From Callorhinchus milii (taxonomy: Eukaryota): a stretch of DNA of 64,000 nucleotides. Each line of letters begins with the position of its first letter. Position 1 is the first letter of the stretch. Below the pieces are notes generated by a model. The model saw only the letters and a list, made by a program, of their open reading frames with translations. It was not told the origin of the DNA and made no database searches. This document shows positions 34,353 through 46,825 of this stretch, in pieces. The translations under genes and the position numbers were made by a program. Location: NCBI RefSeq assembly GCF_018977255.1, contig NW_024704742.1:90398001-90462000 (forward strand). The letters are read 5' to 3'.

Positions 34353-37300
34353 ACAGTAAACTGCTGTGAAGTGCTTTGCAATATCCTCCTGATGTGAAAG
34401 ACTCAATGTCAAACACAATGATAGTATTATTATTATTAATAATAATAATAGTCCCTTGATTGAAGACTATTTTCACATTATTCACTGAGGTGTTCAAATG
34501 TCTTCAAAGTCAGGGCTAAATGCATTTTTCTTGAACTATAAAAAAGATAATTTGCACCTATGCCACACAGATATTTTACATCACATTGTAGAAATGTTAT
34601 AGTAATGGGAAAGTACATTGTCTTGTAAAAAAAAGACAAATCTAAACAATGTTTAGAAGGAAAGAGAACAAATAGGAAATCTACAATTTGTTTTTGGAAC
34701 ATTGGGAGATGAGCAATAGATTCAGAACAGTGTGTGAACAACACATAAATCCAGGCCTCAGGTTTCTGTGGCAAAGTACAAGTAAATTCCACACAACTCA
34801 TAAGATTATAAGTATATCTTCTGGCCGTCACAAATACAATAGATTCAGAATTTCATCTAAAAACTTCACTCATTCAATCCAAAGCAATTTAAAAAGCAAC
34901 AATGTTATGGGTTTACATTTAACTTATTCTCAGCCTCCTTTAGAGCAGCATTCATCTTTTGGCCTAGGTTGCAATAAGCCGTGCACTCTATGGTGCAATG
35001 TAAAACTAGGCCATGAACGACTCATTCCTGCATTGCAGCTTTTCTTTATGCAGCTACTGTATGCTGTACCTGCATCAACAGACCAAAGGGAGAACTCTCT
35101 AATCGGACAAACCACATTCAGTCCATTTCTCCATTCAAACTACTGTGACAATTGTTCAAGGCAATGGTCAATTTTTTTTGATGTTTGAGATCATCGCACT
35201 GTTCCTGCTAACATCTGCCTGTGCTAACTTGAAGAGAAATTTTGCACATTGTGTAATAGTGCACACCGGGGAGGTTTGATTGTTGGTCTAACTCCAACAG
35301 TTCACCATTTGTTTTCAGTGCAACAAAGCATTGACCGGCAGCCTATGCCATTAAAGTGTGTCGTTAAATAAATGTAGTGCTTCACAACAGTGATCTCAAT
35401 CAATTTGCAGCATGCTATTGTGTCAGAGCACTTCTTTTGTGGGTCATTTTGCTAGCCTTTGCGCTTATGCTCCACAGATATTTTACATTGCATTGTAGAA
35501 ATGTTATAAATGGGAATAATGGGAAAATACAGTATGTACTGGGCTGGCCTGCCCATTCAGTTGGACATATCTACAGCTCTATGGTATTGTGGATGACTGT
35601 GAGCCTGAATGGCTTTTCTAGACATCATTTAGCCTCACCTCCCTCACAAGGAAGACAAGTAATTCTTTAGGAATGATACTCATTTGATTCACCCAAAAGG
35701 GTGAAATACCGATTGAGATGGGTCGATAAAAATAATAATCCTTGCATTTGATATAGCGCCTTATGGATGTGAATCCAGAACCTTAATGTAGACCATTCAA
35801 GCATATATATATACACACACACAAACACACTATATCTGTATTATGTAGTGTATAGATATAAATAGGTATATGCAAATTTAATTACAATTACACTTATCTG
35901 ATTGAAAGTCTTGTATTTGAACAGGAATTTTCCTATTACCTGGTTTCAACAAAGTGAAGGTATGGATAACTGAAGTTGGGATTGAACAAGACCAAAGATG
36001 CTTTTTTGTTTATGCTTAAGAGAATCATCTCAATTCATTTATTCGGTTCCATTTCTCAATTTACACTATGAAGAAGAAATTTATGGGGGGCGGGAGGGGC
36101 ATGTAAATTCACATCCCCTCCCCCAAATTTCTACTTCATATAATATAGATGTTATATGGAATAGAAAATAATTTTAAAGCAAACAACAGAATTGTACTCA
36201 AAAGATTAATGGAGCTAGAGAGATGCTTTTGAAATCTAATCATTCTGATCTAGATTTGAACCCAAGGCCTAAATCTGTTTGCACAGATTTCTGGCTTGCC
36301 CGGCCAGTTCTGAGCAAACTAGAACACTGTTTTGTTGCAGTGTTAGAAACATATAACAGTTTGCAGCTTGTTTTACTCTCTTTACATTGGTCTTAAGTAG
36401 AGCACACTAAACATAGACAATCCTCCTAATGAGTTATTAATGCACGACTGATTTGCACAATCTTCGCAAAGCAGCCAACATACACAGCTGGAACTAAGTG
36501 TCCTCCGAATCAACCTACACAGCACAACCCTAGAAACCCATGAGATGAGATTGCCTTCAGCATCCAGCACAACACACAGCACTGACAGCTACATCCTGAA
36601 TGTTGTAGCACACAAAATGCTGCACTAGATCTGAAGACAAAAATAGCATGTCTGAGATATCTACTGGTTTCCAATAGATTTCTGCAACAGAACCTACAAA
36701 TTAAAGGGGACATTCCTAAAAATCTGCTTTTCAAAGTTTTTTTCATTTACATTAGTCTAAGCAGGGCACACAACACATAGACAATTCTTCTAATGAGTTA
36801 CTAATAGGCTAACTGTTAGGACACAGTTAGGGCAATTAGTGTAGGACAGTCAAAATATTACATTTTACACTCAACGATAAAAACAAGACTTTGGATTGTA
36901 AAATAAGAACAATTTATTAAGTTCTCCTACTCTGTTTGCTCCCACCTTAATAAACCCTCTAGTGCAATTTTTAAAATCTGAGCTGGTTCAGTTTGGGAAG
37001 TTTGGGTTGATTTGACACAGGTGTAACTCTGTATTCTGATCCGTGGTGTTGACACTTGAAAGAAACATCTCAAGCTGATACACAGGAATTGTGAAGGGCC
37101 CGGAATAGTACCTGCCCCCATTTCCTACAAGACTGATCACCATAGTAAAGTCATGAGCAGGTTCATTCCAGCTACATCCATGGAGACAGAAAGACACAAA
37201 TACAGTACAAATCCAACTCATTACGCCACAGAAATATTCCCTTTGAAAGGTTTTGAAAAGAATGGCTTTATGAAAAAACTGAAGCAAGTGACTTGTAATA

Positions 37301-38129
37301 AATAACAGTTTTCAGCCCCATTACAGTGCGCTTCACAAGAATCACTTATAAGACGGGTTCCCTGCAGCCTGCTACTGCCTTTTTCAGACAGATGGTTTAT
37401 CAGAGATCTGTTTTTCTCTAGCACAGTTGCAAAATAATTACTTTGCTGCATTCCAATTACAATCCTGTCACTTCACACTCGATTTGCAATGACATAGCCA
37501 CTGACTTCCTTCCCCGAAGCACGATCAGGGATATCATTACGGATAGACATACCCGAACCCTAACCACAGGAAACTACAATCTGATCATTAACATCATCAA
37601 ATAAATCAGTCCAGGGGGAATGGTGTGAATGGGATTCAGAAGATAAGTTCAGACTGATTTTATTCTGGGCAAATGAGTTCCATGAAATGTGAATATTAGA
37701 ACAAAGAGATCTTGATATTATTTCTACATTTTTCATATGTGTAAAAAAAATTCCATTTATAATCATTTTCGTGCAACCACCAATCCTATTACTTTACTAT
37801 AAATGCACCAAATATATACACAAGCTCTTCCCAAAGTCCCATCAACACCAGAACATATTCCCAAAAGCTGCTCCTCTGATTTCTCAGCATTTGTTCGTTC
37901 TTGTTTCTGAAGTTTAAAATAATTGAGACGTTAGGGATCATTTAGGAATGTAAGGTCAGCTTGTAAGGGTTGCAAGAAGAATAATGCAGCAATCTAGGGG
38001 TGGGTGAGGTAGAATCTGAAACCTCAGCCACTGAGGGTGGTGCAGAGCAGGTGGGTGACAGCGTTAAAAGCCAGAGTCAGCTGTGCCGAGGGAGCGAGCA
38101 GAGGATTGTTCTAAGAGAAGATCACAGAG

Positions 38130-38305
38130 AAAGAGAAGTGCTAAGACGTGACAGGATTGATAGGTGATCTGCTGGACAGGGAGACAGTAGACCTGACGAA
38201 GACTGGGGTGATGGGCAAATGGAGTTTGTTGGGTGTAAGGATGCAGGAGGCAGAGTTTTGCATCAGTTGGAGTTTATGGATGGTGGAGTTAAGGAGACCA
38301 GCAAG
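38130..38305 (-). mobile_element. Degraded L2 ORF2 fragment
   Basis: Reverse complement encodes HKLQLMQNSAS..LTPNKL..PITPV. Confidence 0.75.
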
Positions 38306-38996
38306 TTATGGTCTACCTGAATGCCAGATGAGATCTTTGTTTATTATTTCATCCAAAGGATGGCACTTACGCGAATGCTGTGCACTCCCCCACTGTTACT
38401 CAGCAATACATCTCCTGCTTCCATCAAAATAATAGGATCTTAGAACAACTTGCATTTATTTATGGACCAAGGGAAAGGAAAGGTACAGGTGTGGGGGGAG
38501 GGGGAGGTGAGGAGTGAAAGAAATAACTATATCCATGGAATTCTCATATGATATTGAAGAAATAGGTTAACAAACTCTTCCTCTCCCCCTCAACACAAGA
38601 TACCCACAAAGCTCATTCAATTCAAGTGTGTGAACATTTCTGGCCATGGGTGAAATTGGTGATGACATTGCAGTTGCCTCAGAAATTTCTATCAACGCTG
38701 ACAATGTCACCAGCAGTTTGCCATGACTGATTCCTGAAAGCAGCTCCAGCCATTGGCATGCATTATTAAGTGATGCTACAGCCCTGCACAATGCAGACTG
38801 CCAAGTGTCACATTACACAGTTACAGAATAACAGTGATGGGTTGCAACCCACTGAGGAATAGATAGCTGCCTCTGACACAAAACCACTACCAATTGAGGG
38901 CAGCGTTGATAGTATCTGTTCACATGTCTGCAGGCTGGACTAAGTGTTGGAGGTGGGAGACTGCCATTTCCCAGCACCGACATACAAGGTGGATTT

Positions 38997-39014
38997 ATGT
39001 GTGTGTGTGTGTGT
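38997..39014. repeat. (GT)n microsatellite
   Basis: tgtgtgtgtgtgtgtgt. Confidence 0.9.
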
Positions 39015-39650
39015 AGGGGGGGAAGAAAAAGAATACCCTTTGCAACCTGTTCAAGCCCCAATAGACTGCCAATAAACTCATGTAGTTCTTCAATGGAATA
39101 AAAGGTAAATATTCATCCCTCAAGCGAATATTACTCAGAGGGCACCAGCTAATAAATTAATCCAGTTCCCCCCTTGATGTCAGAGAAATGTACAAGTCAG
39201 CTGTATCACCATCAAATATCTCTCTACCGCCTCAGTTTCCACAGTAACCAGCGTATGTGTCAGCTCCGCGTGCCAGGCTCCAGCAGGCCTGTCGTCCTCT
39301 GTGCATATGGAGTTCTAAAGTCTTTTGCTAATGAGAATTTTAGTGACCGCCCAGCCATTTGGGCTAGATTCAAAAATGAAAGGTTGCTTTTTTTGTTTCT
39401 TGGTGGCATTACACCGTTTTATTTTCCAGCAAATTTAAGTAGATTTACACAATTGCTGCAGAATTACACCACTGTAGGAAGTAAAATTGAGAAATTTTAA
39501 GCTGGTCTATTATTAGAAGCTCATAAAGTAAGTGCTGTTTTTCACCACCCTCCCCCCCCCCCCGCCCACCCACCACCACTCGCTCCACACAAATCATGAT
39601 ACTGTTTGGGGATTATTCCTTCAATTCTGTAACTCATAGTGGCTTAGTGT

Positions 39651-41565
39651 TCATAGAATCATAGAATTATACAGCACAGAAGGAGGCCATTTGGCCCATC
39701 GTGACTGTGCCGACTCTTTGAAAAGAGCTACCCAATTCAATCCCACTCCTGCGCTCTCTCCCCATAGTACTGCAAACTTGTCCTCCCCAAATAATTATCT
39801 GCTTCTCTCTTAAATATTATCGAATCGGCCTCCACCACCCTTTCAGGCAATGCATTCCAGATCCGAACAACTCGCTGTGTGAAAAAATTTCTCCTCACCT
39901 TCCCTCTATTTCTTTTAACAACTATTTTAAATCGGTGCCCTCAGGTTACCGACCCACCCACCAGTGGAAGTAGTTTCTACTTGTTCACCCTATCGAATCC
40001 CCTCATAATTTTGAAAACTTCTATTAAGTCTCCTCTTTACCTTCTCTGCTCCAAGGAGAATAATCCTAGCGTCTCCAGCCTCTCCTGATAGCTGAAGTCC
40101 CTCATTCCTGGTACCATCCTGGTAAATCTCCTTTGTACCCTTTCAAATGCCTTGACATCCTTCCTAAAGTGTGGGGCCCAGAACTGAACACAGTCTCTAG
40201 CTGAGGTCTAACCAGTGTTTTATAAAAGTTCATCATAACTTCCTGACTTTTGTATTCTATGCCCCTATTTATAAAGCCTAGTATCCCACTTGCTTTTTTA
40301 ACAGCTTTATCTACCTGTCCTGCCACCTTCAAAGATTTACTTATATGAATCCACAGGTCTCTCTATTCCTTCACCCCCATTAAGATTGTACAAGCTAGCC
40401 AATATTGCTTCTCCTCATTCTTCCTCCCAATATCCATCACTTCGCATTTCTCCACATTAAACTTCATCTGGCACGTGTCTGCCCATTTTACCAGTATGTC
40501 TATGTCCATTTGCAGTCTGCTACTATCCTCCTCACTGTTTACTACATTTCCTCAGTATCAAACATGGAAATTGTACTCCCTATACCCAAGTCCAGGTCAT
40601 TTATATAGATTAAAAACAGCAGTGGTCCCAATACTGATCCCTGGGGGACACCACTGCACACTTCCCTCCAGTCAAAAAAAACAACCGTTCACCACTACTC
40701 TCTGCTTTCTCCTTCCCAACCAGTTCTGTATCTATGCTGCCACTGTCCATTTAATACCGTGGGCTTCAATTTAGCTTACACGTCTCTTATGTGGCACTTT
40801 ATCAAACGCCTTTTGAAAATCCATATAAACTACATCAACTGGACCAGGTTCATCCACCCCCTATAATAATAATAATAATATCCCACTTGCTACTTCATCA
40901 AAAAACTCTATCAGGTTTGTTAGACCTGATTTGCCTTTAACAAGTCTGTATTGGCTGTCCTTTATTAACCCATATTTTTCTAAGTGAAAACTTATTTTGT
41001 CCCGGATTATAGTCTCTAGAAGTTTCCCCACTACAACAACAACAACAACAACAAGATTCCATTTATAAAGCGCCTTTCACGTCAGGAGGACGTCCCAAGG
41101 CGCTGCACAGTTGGGTCAGGACCCGAGCAGGGGGGAAATGGTCAGGGTGAGGGGAGGGAAGGGAGGGAGCGAGGAGGGGGGAAATGGTCAGGGTGAGGGG
41201 AGGGAAGGGAGGGAGCGAGGAGGGGAAGAGAGTCGAGAGGGGAGCTGAAGGCTCGGTCAAAGAGAAAGGTTTTGAGACCGGCCTTGAAGGAGGAGGGGAA
41301 GGAAGCAAGGCGAAGGCACCGGGGGATGGAGTCCCAGAGCCCGGGGGCTGAGAGGCTGAAGGCCCGACCACCAATGGTAGGGCGGTTGGGGCGGGGGACG
41401 TGGAGCAGACCGGAGCCGGAGGAACGGAGGGTACGGGCAGGTAGGTAGGGGGATAGTAGGTCAGAGAGGTAGGAGGGAGCAAGGCCGTGGATGGCCTTGC
41501 TACTGACGATAGGCTGATTGGCCTGTAGTTCCTGGGTTTACCCTTCTGCCCCGTTTTGTATAGTG
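39651..41565 (-). mobile_element. CR1 LINE (second subfamily), ~1.45 kb, interrupted by an L2
   Basis: [55 protein letters not shown]; tail (tctatgat)n at the left end. Confidence 0.95.
41035..41499 (-). mobile_element. Young L2 subfamily A 3' end, TSD ctac, with an internal 46-bp tandem duplication
   Basis: Reverse-complement match to ~180-580; ctac at 41031-41034 and 41500-41503. Confidence 0.95.
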
Positions 41566-42379
41566 TTGGGTTAGCTTTATTCACATATAGCTCAAGGGCT
41601 ACTCTCGGTTATTTTAGCATCAAATATTTCCAAATTAACTGCATCTGATTGATGTAGCCCCCACCTCTTCAAAAACTCAACACAACCCTCTTCAATAGTA
41701 ATTGGAAAAAAAAGGTTGTGCTACTGGCTGAAGCCACTACCTCCAACTGCACAGTACAGATGGTAAACTAAACACAGAGCTCCACTTCCTAGCTCGGTAC
41801 AGCCGTTTCCTCGGTACCTCTAGCTTCTATTTTGAGGGGAGGCAACAAATAAAATAGCTTCCCGGAGGATTTTGCTGCAATGTTAGTGCACAGTTTTTTT
41901 TNAGCACTGTTGAAGAACAGGATACAAGCTAATAACTGGTAAAACACAGTAGCCAACACAAACCATGTAAAATACGTGCCAACGATTCAGCAGCTCCCAA
42001 CTTCCTGAGAATGTACCATCAGGAATATTTATGACTTGGGCAAGTCTTCCACCACTGCCATAGAAGGTTAGCAGTGGTTTGAATTTATTGACTAGTTACA
42101 GATGTGACCTTCCTCTTCCCCACCCCCCCCCCACTCCCATCCCCAACTAACAATTATTGGTCCAAAGCTGTCCAAAATGATTGTCACGAGACTTGCTGTT
42201 CCACAGTATTGAAGTTCCGGATAATGGATCTACCTATCAAACCCAGAATAGATCATATAAGTTGACAACACAATGGCATGTTTTTATGATGTGATAATAA
42301 ACACATCACAGGTTGCAATTCACACCTCACCATTTACTGTAGGACATTTTTTCCAGTAGATTTCCTCCTGTTCGATGTT

Positions 42380-42755
42380 ATATAATATAATCCTTGCATT
42401 CGATATAGGGCCTTATCACGTCTTCAAACGTCTCGAAGCCCTTCACAGAATGTACTGTAAAGTAATTTGACTGTATATTTTGTGGGCAAAAAACGGCAGC
42501 CAATTGCGCACAGCAGTGTCACACAAACAGCCATGGATTGAGTGACCAAATTATTATTATTATTATTTTGAAAGGATTATTACTCCCGGAAAAGCAATCC
42601 GCCAATCGAATAACAATCCGGTTCCTGCTTACTGTTAGGTAAACAGAGGTATGTGGAGTAAGGAAATTTGCCCAACGTGTCGCCCTGCCCAGGCATCGAA
42701 CCCAGGTCCTCTCATTTGTGAGGCGAGTACTCTAACCACTAAGCTACAGGACTCC
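42380..42755 (-). mobile_element. Full-length tRNA-Ala SINE, long subfamily, TSD atgtt
   Basis: Head, extra ~60-bp block, Deu-like body and tail; atgtt at 42375-42379 and 42756-42760. Confidence 0.92.
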
Positions 42756-42909
42756 ATGTTGTAGTTATAATACAATATTATACAATAATAATAGAACAAT
42801 ATTGTAGTTATAATAATATTCTATAGTTGTAATGACTTTCAAAGTCTGGTCAAGTTATGCAACGTTGATCTAGAGACTGTTAACATTTGTTCGATAGCAT
42901 CCACTTCAT

Positions 42910-43410
42910 TTGTAATGTACATCAAGATAATGAATATAGATGACATTAAGCTAGGAGATGTAGTGAATTGTAAAGAGCAGAAAATTACAAGGGTACACAG
43001 AGAGATTAAACAAGTGGGCGGACCTATGGCAGATGGTGTTCAATGTGGCAAAGTGTATGCAAGAAAAGCAGATGGGGTTATGTTCTAAATAGGGGAGGGG
43101 GTAGATGCATAAAATAAATTTAAGGATTTAGGTTCATGAGTTGTTAAAAGCAATCAAAAAAGCCAATAGTATACAGGGCTTCATCACAATAAGTCTCAAA
43201 CACAAGAAAATACAATTGTATTTGTACAGAGTAATGAGCAAACCTGAGTGGGGTTATATTCCACTTTGTAAAATATTAAAGAATATTGGCAAAACAGGTA
43301 GGCACTGAGTGTACAGGATAAACATAGAACAAAGGGTCATAATCATAAAACTAGAACAAACCAGGAGATACATTTTTTTTAGATAAAGGGCTGTGGGAAT
43401 GAGGAGTGCA
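42910..43410 (+). mobile_element. Very old CR1 ORF2 fragment
   Basis: DDIKLGDVVNC, RLNKWADLWQMVFNVAKC. Confidence 0.75.
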
Positions 43411-43419
43411 CTACAGTGT

Positions 43420-43615
43420 GAATCTTTCACATAGGGACATCATCTCAAAGCGTTTCACAAAGATTGTGGTCAAGGAGGAAGATGGGCTGGTAAGAAGGTA
43501 AGTGACCGAAGACGCAGTCAAAGAGTTAAGACTTTTAAATGGGTTTTGAAAGCAGAGAGGAAGCCGAGGATTTTGAATGGTGGTTCCAAATGGTGGGTGC
43601 AAAGCAGCTAAAATC
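43420..43615 (-). mobile_element. Degraded L2 3' end
   Basis: catctcaaagcgtttcaca...gtgaccgaagacgcagtcaaagag. Confidence 0.65.
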
Positions 43616-44053
43616 TCGCTTTCCTCTAATAATAATCCTTACATTTGATACAGTGCCTTATTACACCATCAAGACTTGTTTTCAAAGTATTTATTGTAAA
43701 GTGCCTGTATATTTTGTGGGCGATGGTGGAGCAACACATAGCCCTAGGAGGCAGTGGAACAGTACTTAAGCTCCCATAAGAAAAAACATCAGAAGCTAAA
43801 CAATTTCATCTACAATCATTTAAACTACAATTAGTTCACCGAAAGCTATGATTCCTCAGCAGGTTTCAAAGGAAGGAAAATACAGCAGCTGAATAAAGGG
43901 TTGTGAAAGCAACGTACCGCACAAGAAAGATTTTCTTGATTGATAGTGTTCTCGAAACTAAACATTCTGAAAATGTTTTGTCATAATCTAGCAGCTTGTG
44001 TTTTACAGAAAATGCTGGAAAAAAAAGATTGATCAGCATCCAAAAGAGAAGAG

Positions 44054-44266
44054 AGGTTTTCCAAACTCACGGCTCTCACCAACCTGCACCTAATACTCTC
44101 TGGATTTAGGTCATCAGGGTGCATCTCTCCAGGGAGAGAGCGACATTTCATTCCAGACACAGTGAAATCTCCATGGGTAGCTGGCATACATATCTGTGAA
44201 ACTCCGTTTGCTTTGGATACTCTTAAACATAGTGATGGCTTCCCATCTGGCTCACCAAAACAAAAT
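44054..44266 (+). mobile_element. Family X copy flanked by ~95-bp direct repeats
   Basis: Matches 12720-12945; repeats at 43958-44052 and 44267-44363. Confidence 0.8.
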
Positions 44267-44494
44267 CTAAACCTTGAAAATGTTTTGTCATAAATAATCC
44301 AGAATTTTTTTTAAAAAACGAAAATGCTGGAAAAAATTCAATCAGGATTCAAAAAAGAGAAGAAATAATAATGTTTAGGGTTTGACCTTTCATGAGGTTT
44401 AATGAGGGAATGATGTACAAAACATTAATCCATCTCCATTGGCTGCTGGGTGATCTGCTGCCCACTTGCAGTGTTTGTTAATAACTGTGTTTCG

Positions 44495-44605
44495 TCTACA
44501 AAATATACAGTCAATTCACTTTACGGTATATTCTGTGAAGCACTTTGAAACATCTCGAAGACGCGATAAAGCCCTATATCAAATGCAAGGATTATTATTA
44601 TTATT
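44495..44605 (+). mobile_element. tRNA-Ala SINE 3' fragment (similar fragments at 52920-53035 +, 61420-61515 -, 62425-62525 +)
   Basis: cagtcaattcactttac..tattctgtgaagcactttga...atatcaaatgcaaggattattatt. Confidence 0.85.
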
Positions 44606-44914
44606 GTTTGTTGTTTATGTCCTGGGTTTTTAATTTTGATCCACAAATCCAGCATGGTGAGGACAACAGAGGGAAAGGACTTCAACTGTATCTTTTGTGC
44701 TTAACCACAATCTGAATTAGTGGCCACTATAATTAAAGGAGACATTTCTGTATTAAAGTTCTACTAAAAGCACAATTCTGGCGGAACCACTCCATTTAAG
44801 GACCAATCTATATATTTTGCTCACCCCATTGTTATACGAGTATGGGTATTAAAGAACAAGATCAAAGGAGATTAAAATATCCCAGCTAAAAGGTTGGAAT
44901 AGATAGTATTGTGT

Positions 44915-45684
44915 CGTGACCCACTCTGCCTTTCCCCACCTTCGCAACATCAAGGCTGAGACTGAAAGATTTTTTAAAAATAGAGGGATTAGGGGATATG
45001 GGGATAGGGCAGGTAATTAGAGTTAGGTCAGAAGATCAGCCATGATCTTATCGAATGGTGGGGCAGGCTCGAGGGGCCAACTCCTGCTCCTAATTCTTAT
45101 GTTCTTATGTAACATCGCTCGGCTCTGCCACTGTCTCACACTGCAGGCCGGCGAAACCCTGATACACGCATTCATAACATCCAGACTCAACTATGCAAAC
45201 TCCCTGCTTGTCAGCTCCCCAACTCTTCCCTCCACAGGTAGCGGATCATCCAGAATTCTGCAGCCCGTGTCCTCTCACGCACCAGGCTCCGCGACCCTAT
45301 CACCCCCATCCTCACCCGACTCCACTGCTTCCCATCACACACAGGATAGAGTTCAAGATCCTGGTCCTCACCTTAAAGCCCTCCAAGGCCTTGCTCCCCC
45401 TTAACTCTGCGACCTCCTAACCCCCTACCATCCTGTTCGCTCCCTCGACTCAGCGGGCTCCGGCCTGCTTCACATCCCCCGCCTCGCCCATCCCACCATT
45501 GGCGGGTGGGCCTTCAGTCACTCTGCCCCCACCCTCTGGAACACCATCCCGAAGTCCCTCCACCTTGCCCTCTCCCTTCAAGACCCAACTCAAGACCCTC
45601 CTCTTCGACCGTGCCTTTGGTCATCCTCCTTCCCCGCCTGCCCTCCACCTTGGCGCTATACAAATGTAATTTTGCTATTGTTGT
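44915..45684 (+). mobile_element. L2 subfamily B 3' part interrupted by a CR1 3' end
   Basis: NIARLCHCLT..ETLIHAFITSRLNY; tail tacaaatgtaattttgctattgttg. Confidence 0.9.
44952..45110 (+). mobile_element. CR1 (HER1-like) 3' end, TSD aacatc
   Basis: Matches the reverse complement of 13651-13805; tail ttcttatgttcttatgt; aacatc at 44946-44951 and 45111-45116. Confidence 0.92.
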
Positions 45685-46825
45685 GAGTGAACGCAGCAGA
45701 CAATTATTATATTACAGTAATCTAGTCAATGTAGCAACACAGTTACGCATCAATTACGTTTCATGTGATTAACAGTGAGCACTGAGGATTGGGGAACTAT
45801 GGGGAAAAAATGCCACCTGAATGTTCTTTACAACGTTCCAGAGACTCTCACAGCAGCAAAGAGGATGATTTTAATACTGATCACTATGAAGCATGGTGGG
45901 TTTCCAAATTCTCAGTAATTCTCAAAAAAAAGTTTTTTTTACAATAATAATTCTTGCATAATGTTGAAACATCTTAAATGCCTTCATAAAAATAAGTTAT
46001 ACAGTACTGCTGCAACTTTTGTAAAGGAGACAGCTATTCTGTCCCAGCAACACTGCCCAAACAGCAATATGGCGAGTGAGCAAATGTTATATCTTTTGGT
46101 GAATGGAGAAATACAGACCAGAAAACAGAGAATACTGTCCAATCTTCTTTGAAAAACCTGGAAGTGCCATCTTTAACTTCCACCTGTATCATTAACAATG
46201 GGAAATCAGTTTAAAAGATGGCAATACCAAAAATGCAGCAGTTCCTCGGCAATACACTGCAGCGTTGGCCTAGATGTCATGTCCTGTGGTCCTGGTGAGG
46301 AACTCAATCCCACAATCTTTTGATCCCAAGGCAAAAGCAGTATCAAATGCCACAAATTGTTGCACATTTTTAAGTTCAATAATTGTTCTCAAACACACAT
46401 TTGTCAAATGGTGCAAATAACTAACCATTAAAAAATAAACTCATCTTGCAATGTGATCAAACAAATGCATTCAATGAACCACTTGTTTTTAATTCCTGCT
46501 AGATAGAATGATACTTGTTAACTTCAGAACAACTACCATTTGGAATGGTTTCAAAAATGCAATCTGGAATGAAACAGGCTGAATGATCTGCTCCTGCTTC
46601 TATCTTCTCAACTTCTTTACTGGCACGGAAACCTAGTAATTCACAAACATTGCTGGAGGCTATGACAAGAGCAGGTATCAACATTGGATATCTCTGGGCT
46701 GATTAGGATAGACATAGATTAACAAGGGATGTATTCACCTTTCAGCAGTACTGCTGGAAGCAACCCCAACTTCAGCAGCAGTGCTGTCAGGTCAAATTAA
46801 CAACAAACATGCTGTCACCAACAAG

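Noticed and set aside
36701..36716. ttaaaggggacatt (also ttaaaggagacatt at ~44733) as Kolobok-like termini
   Set aside because: No matching opposite terminus found
38890..38904. CTCF-like motif ccaattgagggcagc
   Set aside because: Mismatches in the core; expected by chance in 64 kb
44320..44395. Penelope-like terminal sequence gaaaatgctggaaa...tgttt.gggtttgacctttcat
   Set aside because: Too short and diverged to call from memory
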